A stretch of DNA of 61,963 nucleotides, counting the filler, from Nemertoderma westbladi (Eukaryota > Animalia > Xenacoelomorpha), in assembly GCA_032718475.1 (NCBI GenBank). It is 3 parts of 3 records of this genome, joined end to end, with 100 filler letters (N's around TTAATTAATTAA, not from the genome) between each part and the next. Parts side by side here need not be neighbours in the genome. Positions count along the whole stretch, not along the records: positions 25,234 to 43,206 come from JAUCBJ010003277.1; 2 more parts are not named here. The stretch is one strand, 5' to 3'. The notes below the pieces were generated by a model. The model had not been told where the DNA came from, made no database searches, and saw only the letters and a list, made by a program, of their open reading frames with translations. This document shows positions 25,234-38,100 of this stretch, in pieces (within the stretch, counting starts at the first letter, position 1; each line of letters opens with the position of its first letter). The translations under genes were made by a program, and so were the position numbers.

Positions 25234-26599
25234 ATGTCTACCAATGGTTAGTGAGGGTTACAGGGGGTCGTCCCAGGTCTACCAATGGTTAGTGAGGGTT
25301 ACAGGGGGCCGTCCCAGGTCTACCAATGGTTAGTGAGGGTTACAGGGGGCCGTCCCATGTCTACCAATGGTTAGTGAGGGTTACAGGGGGCCGTCCAAGG
25401 TCTACCAATGGTTAGTGAGGGTTACAGGAGGTCGTCTCAGGTTTAATGGTTAGTGAGGGTTACAGGGGGCCGTCCCAGGTCTACCAATGGTTAGTGGGGG
25501 TTACAGGGGGTCGTCCCAGGTCTACCAATGGTTAGTGAGGGTTACAGGGGGTCGTCCCAGGACTACCAATGGTTAGTGAGTGTTACAGGGGGTCGTCCCA
25601 GCTCTGCCAATGATTAGTGAGTGTTACAGGGGGCCGTTCCAGGCCTACCAATGGTTAGTGAGTGTTGCAGGGGGTCGTCCCAGGTCCACCAATGGTTAGT
25701 GAGTGTTACAGGGGGTCGTCCCAGGTCTACCAATGGTTATTGAGTGTTACAGGGGGTCGTCCCAGGTCTACCAATAGTTAGTGAGGGTTACAGGCGGCCG
25801 TTCCAAGCCTACCAATGGTTAGTGAGTGTTACAGGGGGTCGTCCCAGGTCTACCAATGGTTATGAGTGTTACAGGGGGTCGTCCCAGGTCTACCAATGGT
25901 TAGTGAGTGTTACAGGGGGTCGTCCCAGGTCTACCAATGGTTAGTGAGCGTTACAGGGGGTCGTCCCAGGCCTATCAATGGTTAGTGAGCGTTACAGGGG
26001 GTCGTCCCAGGTCTACCAATGGTTAGTGAGTGTTACAGGGGGTCGTCCCAGGTCTACCAATGGTTAGTGAGGGTTACAAGGGGCAATCCCATGTCTACCA
26101 ATGGTTAGTGAGGGTTACAGGAGGTCGTCCCAGGTCTACAAATAGTTAGTGAGGGTTACAGGCGGCCGTTCCTGGCCTACCAATGGTTAGTGAGGGTTAC
26201 AGGGGGCCGTCCCAGGTCTACCAATGGTTAGTTAGGGTTACAGGGGGTCGTCCCAGGTCTACCAATGGTTAGTGAGGGTTACAGGGGGCCGTCCCAGGTC
26301 TACCAATGGTTAGTTAGGGTTACAGGGGGTCGTCCCAGGTCTACCAATGGTTAGTGAGGGTTACAGGGGGTCATCCCAGGTCTACCAATGGTTAGTGAGG
26401 GTTACAGGGGGCAGTCCCAGTTCTACCAATGGTTATTTAGGGTTACAGGGGGCCGTCCCAGGTCTACCAATGGTTAGTGAGGGTTACAGGGGGTCGTCCC
26501 AGGTCTACCAATGGTTAGTGAGGGTTACAGGGGGCCGTCCCAGGTCTACCAATGGTTAGTGAGGGTTACAGGGGGCTGTCCCGGGCCTTAATGGTTAGT
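25234..26599 (+). repeat. 41-bp minisatellite, about 33 copies, in a collagen intron
   Basis: Unit CCAGGTCTACCAATGGTTAGTGAGGGTTACAGGGGG(T/C)CGTC; runs off the contig start. Confidence 0.95.
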
Positions 26600-26855
26600 A
26601 CCATAACTCTATATCCCTTGGATTATTAAGGATATTTGATTTGTTAATATTATATTGATTAATGATTAACTAATATGGTTATTAAATATTATCATATAAC
26701 ATTTAACTGTAATTAATTTCAAGTTAAGTGCTATTTTGGGCTATTAAACTGTTGTTATTATTACTGTTTAATTCATATGCCTAATAGTAAACTGGAACCC
26801 AATACCTAAGTCGCACATTCATTAACCTGAGACATGACTATTTTTTTGGTTTTAG

Positions 26856-27050
26856 GAAGCGATGGGTCACCGGGTCCTCGAGGTATCCAGGGCAACCCAG
26901 GCCCAATGGGGCCCTTCGGGGAACCTGGACTGGACGGAAAAGATGGCGAAACTGGTCCCCAAGGAGACCCTGGCCACCCCGGTCTCCCGGGTAGACAGGG
27001 TCCCCCTGGGGTCGAGGTCAAAGGCGAGAAAGGGGAACCTGGTTACAAAG
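26856..27050 (+). CDS. Collagen exon (interrupted Gly-X-Y, type IV-like)
   Basis: TTTTAG acceptor, phase 1; [15 protein letters not shown]...[18 protein letters not shown]; 3' boundary is either AAG|GCTAGT (27050) or CTG|GTTACA (27041). Confidence 0.88.
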
Positions 27051-27362
27051 GCTAGTCTCTACCTAGAATATTCTATGAGTTTCAATGAGATACTTTTTGT
27101 ACTTTACTGTTTGCACGAAATGTTTTATAGTAGATAGGAAGACATTGTGTGGTACCGTACGACTGTTTTAAAGTTGTTCGTTCACTTTGCATATACTTCA
27201 AATATTACCAATATTTGCTTATATTTCAAATAGGTAGTCTCCCTGTATGAGCATCTACATTCCAGTTCACACAAATTTTGTTGATTGTTTGTTGTTGCTA
27301 GGAGACGCTAATCTCTCTGCCAGGCTTGCCCACCAATATTGAATTTTTTATTTCGTTGCTAG

Positions 27363-27538
27363 GTGACCCCGGGACAGCCGGTCTGCACGGGCCGCCCGGC
27401 TATCCCGGCCATCCGGGTACAAAAGGTCCCAAAGGAGATAAAGGCGACGCGATTCCGGGGGAGAAAGGGATGCCTGGAAGAGATGGAATCTATGGAGAGC
27501 GGGGCACTCAGGGTCCTCCGGGGCCGAAGGGATATAAG
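27363..27538 (+). CDS. Collagen exon
   Basis: TTGCTAG acceptor, phase 1; [12 protein letters not shown]...[15 protein letters not shown]; donor AAG|GTAAGG, phase 0. Confidence 0.92.
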
Positions 27539-30500
27539 GTAAGGGAGGGAGGGGCACTCAGGGCCGAAGGGATATAAGGTAAGGGAGGGAGGGGCACTCA
27601 GGACCGAAGGGATATAAGGTAAGAGAGGGAGGGGCACTCAGGGACCTCCGGGGCCCAAGGGATATAAGGTAAGAGAGGGAGGGGCACTCAGGGCCGAAGG
27701 GATATAAGGTAAGGTAGGGAGGGGCACTCAGGGACCTCCGGGGCCCAAGGGATATAAGGTAAGGGAGGGAGGGGCACTCAGGGCCGAAGGGATATAAGGT
27801 AAGGGAGGGAGGGGCACTCAGGGCCGAAGGGATATAAGGTAAGAGAGGGAGGGGCACTCAGGGACCTCCGGGGCCCAAGGGATATAAGGTAAGGGAGGGA
27901 GGGGCACTCAGGGCCGAAGGGATATAAGGTAAGGGAGGGAGGGGCACTCAGGGCCGAAGGGATATAAGGTAAGAGAGGGAGGGGCACTCAGGGCCGAAGG
28001 GATATAAGGTAAGGGAGGGAGGGGCACTCAGGACCGAAGGGATATAAGGAAAGGGAGGGAGGGGCACTCAGGGCCGAAGGGATATAAGGTAAGGGAGGGA
28101 GGGGCTCTCAGGGTCGAAGGGATATAAGGAAAGGGAGGGAGGGGCACTCAGGGACCTCCGGGGCCCAAGGGATATAAGGTAAGGGAGGGAGGGGCACTCA
28201 GGGCCGAAGGGATATAAGGTAAGGGAGGGAGGGGCACTCAGGGACCTCCGGGGCCCAAGGGATATAAGGTAAGGGAGGGAGGGGCACTCAGGACCGAAGG
28301 GATATAAGGTAAGGGAGGGAGGGGCACTCAGGGACCTCAGGGGCCCAAGGGATATAAGGTAAGGGAGGGAGGGGCACTCAGGGCCGAAGGGATATAAGGT
28401 AAGGGATGAAGGGGCACTCAGGGCCGAAGGGATATAAGGTAAGAGAGGGAGGGGCACTCAGGGACCTCAGGGGCCCAAGGGATATAAGGTAAGGGAGGGA
28501 GGGGCACTCAGGGCCGAAGGGATATAAGGTAAGGGAGGGAGGGGCACTCAGGGCCGAAGGGATATAAGGTAAGGGAGGGAGGGGCACTCAGGGACCTCCG
28601 GGGCCCAAGGGATATAAGGTAAGAGAGGGAGGGGCACTCAGGGCCGAAGGGATATAAGGTAAGAGAGGGAGGGGCACTCAGGGACCTCCGGGGCCCAAGG
28701 GATATAAGGTAAGGGAGGGAGGGGCACTCAGGGCCGAAGGGATATAAGGTAAGGGAGGGAGGGGCACTCAGGGCCGAAGGGATATAAGGTAAGAGAGGGA
28801 GGGGCACTCAGGGCCGAAGGGACCCAAGGGATATAAGGTAAGGGAGGGAGGGGCACTCAGGGCCGAAGGGATATAAGGTAAGGGAGGGAGGGGCACTCAG
28901 GACCGAAGGGATATAAGGTAAGGGAGGGAGGGGCACTCAGGGCCGAAGGGATATAAGGTAAGGGATGAAGGGGCACTCAGGGCCGAAGGGATATAAGGTA
29001 AGAGAGGGAGGGGCACTCAGGGACCTCAGGGGCCCAAGGGATATAAGGTAAGGGAGGGAGGGGCACTCAGGGCCGAAGGGATATAAGGTAAGGGATGAAG
29101 GGGCACTCAGGGCCGAAGGGATATAAGGTAAGAGAGGGAGGGGCACTCAGGGACCTCCGGGGCCCAAGGGATATAAGGTAAGGGAGGGAGGGGCACTCAG
29201 GGCCGAAGGGATATAAGGTAAGAGAGGGAGGGGCACTCAGGGCCGAAGGGACCCAAGGGATATAAGGTAAGGGAGGGAGGGGCACTCAGGGCCGAAGGGA
29301 TATAAGGTAAGGGATGAAGGGGCACTCAGGGCCGAAGGGATATAAGGTAAGAGAGGGAGGGGCACTCAGGGACCTCAGGGGCCCAAGGGATATAAGGTAA
29401 GGGATGAAGGGGCACTCAGGGCCGAAGGGATATAAGGTAAGAGAGGGAGGGGCACTCAGGGACCTCCGGGGCCCAAGGGATATAAGGTAAGGGAGGGAGG
29501 GGCACTCAGGGACCTCCGGGGCCCAAGGGATATAAGGTAAGGGAGGGAGGGGCACTCAGGGCCGAAGGGATATAAGGTAAGGGATGAAGGGGCACTCAGG
29601 GCCGAAGGGATATAAGGTAAGAGAGGGAGGGGCACTCAGGGACCTCAGGGGCCCAAGGGATATAAGGTAAGGGATGAAGGGGCACTCAGGGCCGAAGGGA
29701 TATAAGGTAAGAGAGGGAGGGGCACTCAGGGCCGAAGGGATATAAGGTAAGGGAGGGAGGGGCACTCAGGGCCGAAGGGATATAAGGTAAGAGAGGGAGG
29801 GGCACTCAGGACCGAAGGGATCTAAGGTAAGAGAGGGAGGGGCACTCAGGGACCTCCGGGGCCCAAGGGATATAAGGTAAGGGATGGAGGGGCACTCAGG
29901 GCCGAAGGGATATAAGGTAAGAGAGGGAGGGGCACTAAGGGCCGAAGGGATATAAGGTAAGGGAGGGAGGGGCACTCAGGGCCGAAGGGATATAAGGTAA
30001 GAGAGGGAGGGGCACTCAGGGCCGAAGGGACATAAGGTAAGGGAGGGAGGGGCACTCAGGGCCGAAGGGATATAAGGTAAGGGAGGGAGGGGCACTCAGG
30101 GCCGAAGGGACATAAGGTAAGGGAGGGAGGGGCACTCAGGGCCGAAGGGACATAAGGTAAGGGAGGGAGGGGCACTCAGGGACCTCCGGGGCCCAAGGGA
30201 TATAAGGTAAGGGATGGAGGGGCACTCAGGGCCGAAGGGATATAAGGTAAGAGAGGGAGGGGCACTAAGGGCCGAAGGGATATAAGGTAAGGGAGGGAGG
30301 GGCACTCAGGGCCGAAGGGATATAAGGTAAGAGAGGGAGGGGCACTCAGGGCCGAAGGGACATAAGGTAAGGGAGGGAGGGGCACTCAGGGCCGAAGGGA
30401 TATAAGGTAAGATAGGGAGGGGCACTCAGGACCGAAGGGATATAAGGTAAGGGAGGGAGGGGCACTCAGGGCCGAAGGGATATAAGGTAAGGGAGGGAGG

Positions 30501-33500
30501 GGCACTCAGGGCCGAAGGGACATAAGGTAAGAGAGGGAGGGGCACTCAGGGCCGAAGGGATCTAAGGTAAGAGAGGGAGGGGCACTCAGGGACCTCCGAG
30601 GCCCAAGGGATATAAGGTAAGGGATGGAGGGGCACTCAGGGCCGAAGGGATATAAGGTAAGAGAGGGAGGGGCACTAAGGGCCGAAGGGATATAAGGTAA
30701 GGGAGGGAGGGGCACTCAGGGCCGAAGGGATATAAGGTAAGAGAGGGAGGGGCACTCAGGGCCGAAGGGACATAAGGTAAGGGAGGGAGGGGCACTCAGG
30801 GCCGAAGGGATATAAGGTAAGATAGGGAGGGGCACTCAGGACCGAAGGGATATAAGGTAAGGGAGGGAGGGGCACTCAGGGCCGAAGGGATATAAGGTAA
30901 GAGAGGGAGGGGCACTCAGGGCCGAAGGGACATAAGGTAAGAGAGGGAGGGGCACTCAGGGCCGAAGGGATCTAAGGTAAGAGAGGGAGGGGCACTCAGG
31001 GACCTCCGAGGCCCAAGGGATATAAGGTAAGGGAGGGAGGGGCACTCAGGGCCGAAGGGATATAAGGTAAGAGAGGGAGGGGCACTAAGGGCCGAAGGGA
31101 TATAAGGTAAGGGAGGGAGGGGCACTCAGGGCCGAAGGGATATAAGGTAAGAGAGGGAGGGGCACTCAGGGCCGAAGGGACATAAGGTAAGGGAGGGAGG
31201 GGCACTCAGGGCCGAAGGGATATAAGGTAAGATAGGGAGGGGCACTCAGGACCGAAGGGATATAAGGTAAGGGAGGGAGGGGCACTCAGGGCCGAAGGGA
31301 TATAAGGTAAGGGAGGGAGGGGCACTCAGGGCCGAAGGGACATAAGGTAAGGGAGGGAGGGGCACTCAGGGCCGAAGGGACATAAGGTAAGGGAGGGAGG
31401 GGCACTCAGGGACCTCCGGGGCCCAAGGGATATAAGGTAAGGGAGGGAGGGGCACTCAGGGCCGAAGGGATATAAGGTAAGAGAGGGAGAGGCACTCAGG
31501 GACCTCCGGGGCCCAAGGGATATAAGGTAAGAGAGGGAGGGGCACTCAGGGCCGAAGGGATATAAGGTAAGGGAGGGAGGGGCACTCAGGGCCGAAGGGA
31601 TATAAGGTAAGGGAGGGAGGGGCACTCAGGGACCTCCGGGGCCCAAGGGATATAAGGTAAGAGAGGGAGGGGCACTCAGGGCCGAAGGGATATAAGGTAA
31701 GGGAGGGAGGGGCACTCAGGGCCGAAGGGATATAAGGTAAGGGAGGGAGGGGCACTCAGGGACCTCCGGGGCCCAAGGGATATAAGGTAAGAGAGGGAGG
31801 GGCACTCAGGGCCGAAGGGATATAAGGTAAGGGAGGGAGGGGCACTCAGGGCCGAAGGGATATAAGGTAAGGGAGGGAGGGGCACTCAGGGACCTCCGGG
31901 GCCCAAGGGATATAAGGTAAGAGAGGGAGGGGCACTCAGGGCCGAAGGGATATAAGGTAAGGGAGGGAGGGGCACTCAGGGCCGAAGGGATATAAGGTAA
32001 GGGAGGGAGGGGCACTCAGGGACCTCCGGGGCCCAAGGGATATAAGGTAAGAGAGGGAGGGGCACTCAGGGCCGAAGGGATATAAGGTAAGGGAGGGAGG
32101 GGCACTCAGGGCCGAAGGGACATAAGGTAAGGGAGGGAGGGGCACTCAGGGACCTCCGGGGCCCAAGGGATATAAGGTAAGGGAGGGAGGGGCACTCAGG
32201 GCCGAAGGGATATAAGGTAAGAGAGGGAGAGGCACTCAGGGACCTCCGGGGCCCAAGGGATATAAGGTAAGAGAGGGAGGGGCACTCAGGGCCGAAGGGA
32301 TATAAGGTAAGAGAGGGAGGGGCACTCAGGGACCTCCGGGGCCCAAGGGATATAAGGTAAGGGAGGGAGGGGCACTCAGGGCCGAAGGGATATAAGGTAA
32401 GGAGGGAGGGGCACTCAGGCCGAAGGGATATAAGGTAAGGGAGGGAGGGGCACTCAGGGCCGGGGTTAGGTGGGGGGGGGCCTCGGACGAAGGGATATAA
32501 GGTAAGGGAGGGAGGGGCACTCAGGGCCGAAGGGATATAAGGTAAGGGAGGGAGGGGCTCTCAGGGTCGAAGGGATATAAGGAAAGGGAGGGAGGGGCAC
32601 TCAGGGCCGAAGGGATATAAGGTAAGAGAGGGAGGGGCACTCAGGGACCTCCGGGGCCCAAGGGATATAAGGTAAGAGAGGGAGGGGCACTCAGGGCCGA
32701 AGGGACATAAGGTAAGGGAGGGAGGGGCACTCAGGGCCGAAGGGATATAAGGTAAGGGAGGGAGGGGCACTCAGGGCCGAAGGGATATAAGGTAAGAGAG
32801 GGAGGGGCACTCAGGGCCGAAGGGACATAAGGTAAGGGAGGGAGGGGCACTCAGGGCCGAAGGGACATAAGGTAAGGGAGGGAGGGGCACTCAGGGACCT
32901 CCGGGGCCCAAGGGATATAAGGTAAGAGAGGGAGGGGCACTCAGGGCCGAAGGGATATAAGGTAAGGGATGGAGGGGCACTCAGGGCCTAAGGGGTCCCA
33001 AGGGATATAAGGTAAGGGAGGGAGGGGCACTCAGGGCCGAAGGGATATAAGGTAAGAGAGGGAGGGGCACTCAGGGCCGAAGGGACATAAGGTAAGGGAG
33101 GGAGGGGCACTCAGGGCCGAAGGGACATAAGGTAAGGGAGGGAGGGGCACTCAGGGACCTCCGGGGCCCAAGGGATATAAGGTAAGGGAGGGAGGGGCAC
33201 TCAGGGCCGAAGGGATATAAGGTAAGAGAGGGAGAGGCACTCAGGGCCTCCGGGGCCCAAGGGATATAAGGTAAGAGAGGGAGGGGCACTCAGGGCCGAA
33301 GGGATATAAGGTAAGAGAGGGAGGGGCACTCAGGGCCTCCGGGGCCCAAGGGATATAAGGTAAGGGAGGGAGGGGCACTCAGGGCCGAAGGGATATACGG
33401 TAAGGAGGGAGGGGCACTCAGGGCCGAAGGGATATAAGGTAAGGGAGGGAGGGGCTCTCAGGGCCGAAGGGATATAAGGTAAGAGAGGGAGGGGCACTCA

Positions 33501-34317
33501 GGGCCGAAGGGACATAAGGTAAGGGAGGGAGGGGCACTCAGGGCCTCCGGGGCCCAAGGGATATAAGGTAAGGGAGGGAGGGGCACTCAGGGCCGAAGGG
33601 ATATAAGGTAAGAGAGGGAGGGGCACTCAGGGACCTCCGGGGTCCAAGGGATATAAGGTAAGGGAGGGAGGGGCACTCAGGGCTCGAAGGGATATAAGGT
33701 AAGGGAGGGAGGGGCACTCAGGGCCGAAGGGATATAAGGTAAGAGAGGGAGGGGCACTCAGGGCCGAAGGGATCTAAGGTAAGAGAGGGAGGGGCACTCA
33801 GGGACCTCCGGGGTCCAAGGGATATAAGGTAAGAGAGGGAGGGGCACACAGGGACCTCCGGGGCCCAAGGGATATAAGGTAAGGGAGGGAGGGGCACTCA
33901 GGGCCGAAGGGATCTAAGGTAAGAGAGGGAGGGGCACTCAGGGCCGAAGGGATATAAGGTAAGAGAGGGAGGGGCACTCAGGGACCTCCGGGGCCCAAGG
34001 GATATAAGGTAAGGGAGGGAGGGGCACTCAGGGACGAAGGGATATAAGGTAAGGGAGGGAGGGGCACTCAGGGATATAAGGTAAGGGAGGGAGGGGCACT
34101 CAGGGACCTCCGGGGCCCAAGGGATATAAGGTAAGAGAGGGAGGGGCACTCAGGGCCGAAGGGATATAAGGTAAGGGAGGGAGGGGCACTCAGGGCCGAA
34201 GGGATATAAGGTAAGGGAGGGAGGGGCACTCAGGGCCGAAGGGATATAAGGTAAGAGAGGGAGGGGCACTCAGGGTCGAAGGGATATAAGGTAAGAGAGG
34301 GAGGGGCACTCAGGGCC
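27501..34317 (+). repeat. 40/50-bp G-rich minisatellite, about 160 units, derived from the exon-intron junction
   Basis: Units GGGGCACTCAGGGCCGAAGGGATATAAGGTAAG(G/A)GAGGGA and GGGGCACTCAGGGACCTCCGGGGCCCAAGGGATATAAGGTAAG(G/A)GAGGGA. Confidence 0.97.
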
Positions 34318-34456
34318 ACAAAGGGGGCGATATTTACCGGGCGGTATACTTTACCGTTTTATGCTTTAGCAGCAACGTTTAATTCCTACATTTTTACCTT
34401 AACCTTTCTTTAATTTATTATGCTGTAAGATTTAACTTCCTATATTTTTTCCGCAG

Positions 34457-34577
34457 GGTTTAGCTGGTGTGGACGGGAATGGGGAGGGTGACATTGGACC
34501 ACCCGGCGAACGGGGTGAGACAGGTCTACCTGGAGAGAGAGGCGAAGTCGGACCGGAGGGGCCCCAGGGACCCCAAG
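34457..34577 (+). CDS. Collagen exon
   Basis: TTTTTTCCGCAG acceptor, phase 0 matching the upstream donor; GLAGVDGNGEGDIGPPGERGETGLPGERGEVGPEGPQGPQG; donor AAG|GTAGGT. Confidence 0.9.
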
Positions 34578-35102
34578 GTAGGTGCTAGGTGGTAATACAA
34601 ACTAAAGCCCCCAAACAGCTATATGTCTATGGCGTCAATTACTGCACTAATTTGAAATAATATAGATAGCGCATGAAAATAAGTTAAATATATCATGAAA
34701 ATAATTAAATCACTCAGGGACGGGATACAAAAAATAATGTTTGTTGTGTTGTGATTTTCTTTGTTCTGTTCAGCATTGATATTGACTCATTTATTGTTTT
34801 GGTTTTAGAATAACGCGCCACTGTAAGAAATCAGGATATTGATAACAATTTTGCGCCGTAAATACAAAGACACACATTGTGATAGTATGGCATATTTACT
34901 TTATTTTAATTTCCCCATCACTAATTGAAAACATGTCAATAATTAATTGTAAGGGAACGTACAGCCTCCCACAACGAAAATATTAATTATCTAGAAACCA
35001 ACATAAAAGCAGCACAATAAATAAACAATTTATTTGCATAACTGACCCGCATTGCCGGCAATAATTTCACAATAAAAGAGGTAATAATATTAATTGCAGT
35101 GT

Positions 35103-38100
35103 ACCGTACCCGACTATTACAGATAGACCGTACCCGACTAGTACAGATAGACCGTACCCGACTAGTACAGATAGACCGTACCCGACTAGTACAGATAGAC
35201 CGTACCCGACTAGTACAGATAGACCGTACCCGACTAGTACAGATAGACCGTACCCGACTAGTACAGATAGACCGTACCCGACTAGTACAGATAGACCGTA
35301 CCCGACTAGTACAGATAGACCGTACCCGACTAGTACAGATAGACCGTACCCGACTAGTACAGATAGACCGTACCCGACTAGTACAGATAGACCGTACCCG
35401 ACTAGTACAGATAGACCGTACCCGACTAGTACAGATAGACCGTACCCGACTAGTACAGATAGACCGTACCCGACTAGTACAGATAGACCGTACCCGACTA
35501 GTACAGATAGACCGTACCCGACTAGTACAGATAGACCGTACCCGACTAGTACAGATAGACCGTACCCGACTAGTACAGATAGACCGTACCCGACTAGTAC
35601 AGATAGACCGTACCCGACTAGTACAGATAGACCGTACCCGACTAGTACAGATAGACCGTACCCGACTAGTACAGATAGACCGTACCCGACTAGTACAGAT
35701 AGACCGTACCCGACTAGTACAGATAGACCGTACCCGACTAGTACAGATAGACCGTACCCGACTAGTACAGATAGACCGTACCCGACTAGTACAGATAGAC
35801 CGTACCCGACTAGTACAGATAGACCGTACCCGACTAGTACAGATAGACCGTACCCGACTAGTACAGATAGACCGTACCCGACTAGTACAGATAGACCGTA
35901 CCCGACTAGTACAGATAGACCGTACCCGACTAGTACAGATAGACCGTACCCGACTAGTACAGATAGACCGTACCCGACTAGTACAGATAGACCGTACCCG
36001 ACTAGTACAGATAGACCGTACCCGACTAGTACAGATAGACCGTACCCGACTAGTACAGATAGACCGTACCCGACTAGTACAGATAGACCGTACCCGACTA
36101 GTACAGATAGACCGTACCCGACTAGTACAGATAGACCGTACCCGACTAGTACAGATAGACCGTACCCGACTAGTACAGATAGACCGTACCCGACTAGTAC
36201 AGATAGACCGTACCCGACTAGTACAGATAGACCGTACCCGACTAGTACAGATAGACCGTACCCGACTAGTACAGATAGACCGTACCCGACTAGTACAGAT
36301 AGACCGTACCCGACTAGTACAGATAGACCGTACCCGACTAGTACAGATAGACCGTACCCGACTAGTACAGATAGACCGTACCCGACTAGTACAGATAGAC
36401 CGTACCCGACTAGTACAGATAGACCGTACCCGACTAGTACAGATAGACCGTACCCGACTAGTACAGATAGACCGTACCCGACTAGTACAGATAGACCGTA
36501 CCCGACTAGTACAGATAGACCTACCCGACTAGTACAGATAGACCGTACCCGACTAGTACAGATAGACCGTACCCGACTAGTACAGATAGACCGTACCCAA
36601 CTAGTACAGATAGACCGTACCCGACTAGTACAGATAGACCGTACCCGACTAGTACAGATAGACCGTACCCGACTAGTACAGATAGACCGTACCCGACTAG
36701 TACAGATAGACCGTACCCGACTAGTACAGATAGACCGTACCCGACTAGTACAGATAGACCGTACCCGACTAGTACAGATAGACCGTACCCGACTAGTACA
36801 GATAGACCGTACCCGACTAGTACAGATAGACCGTACCCGACTAGTACAGATAGACCGTACCCGACTAGTACAGATAGACCGTACCCGACTAGTACAGATA
36901 GACCGTACCCGACTAGTACAGATAGACCGTACCCGACTAGTACAGATAGACCGTACCCGACTAGTACAGATAGACCGTACCCGACTAGTACAGATAGACC
37001 GTACCCGACTAGTACAGATAGACCGTACCCGACTAGTACAGATAGACCGTACCCGACTAGTACAGATAGACCGTACCCAACTAGTACAGATAGACCGTAC
37101 CCGACTAGTACAGATAGACCGTACCCGACTAGTACAGATAGACCGTACCCGACTAGTACAGATAGACCGTACCCGACTAGTACAGATAGACCGTACCCGA
37201 CTAGTACAGATAGACCGTACCCGACTAGTACAGATAGACCGTACCCAACTAGTACAGATAGACCGTACCCGACTAGTACAGATAGACCGTACCCGACTAG
37301 TACAGATAGACCGTACCCAACTAGTACAGATAGACCGTACCCGACTAGTACAGATAGACCGTACCCGACTAGTACAGATAGACCGTACCCGACTAGTGCA
37401 GATAGACCGTACCCGACTAGTACAGATAGACCGTACCCGACTAGTACAGATAGACCGTACCCGACTAGTACAGATAGACCGTACCCGACTAGTACAGATA
37501 GACCGTACCCGACTAGTACAGATAGACCGTACCCGACTAGTACAGATAGACCGTACCCGACTAGTACAGATAGACCGTACCCGACTAGTACAGATAGACC
37601 GTACCCAACTAGTACAGATAGACCGTACCCGACTAGTACAGATAGACCGTACCCGACTAGTGCAGATAGACCGTACCCGACTAGTACAGATAGACCGTAC
37701 CCGACTAGTGCAGATAGACCGTACCCGACTAGTACAGATAGACCGTACCCGACTAGTACAGATAGACCGTACCCGACTAGTGCAGATAGACCGTACCCGA
37801 CTAGTACAGATAGACCGTACCCGACTAGTACAGATAGACCGTACCCGACTAGTACAGATAGACCGTACCCGACTAGTACAGATAGACCATACCCAACTAG
37901 TACAGATAGACCGTACCCAACTAGTACAGATAGACCGTACCCGACTAGTACAGATAGACCGTACCCGACTAGTACAGATAGACCGTACCCAACTAGTACA
38001 GATAGACCGTACCCGACTAGTACAGATAGACCGTACCCGACTAGTACAGATAGACCGTACCCGACTAGTACAGATAGACCGTACCCGACTAGTGCAGATA

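Noticed and set aside
27348-34149. Many Pro-rich minus-strand ORFs
   Set aside because: Antisense translations of the 40/50-bp minisatellite.
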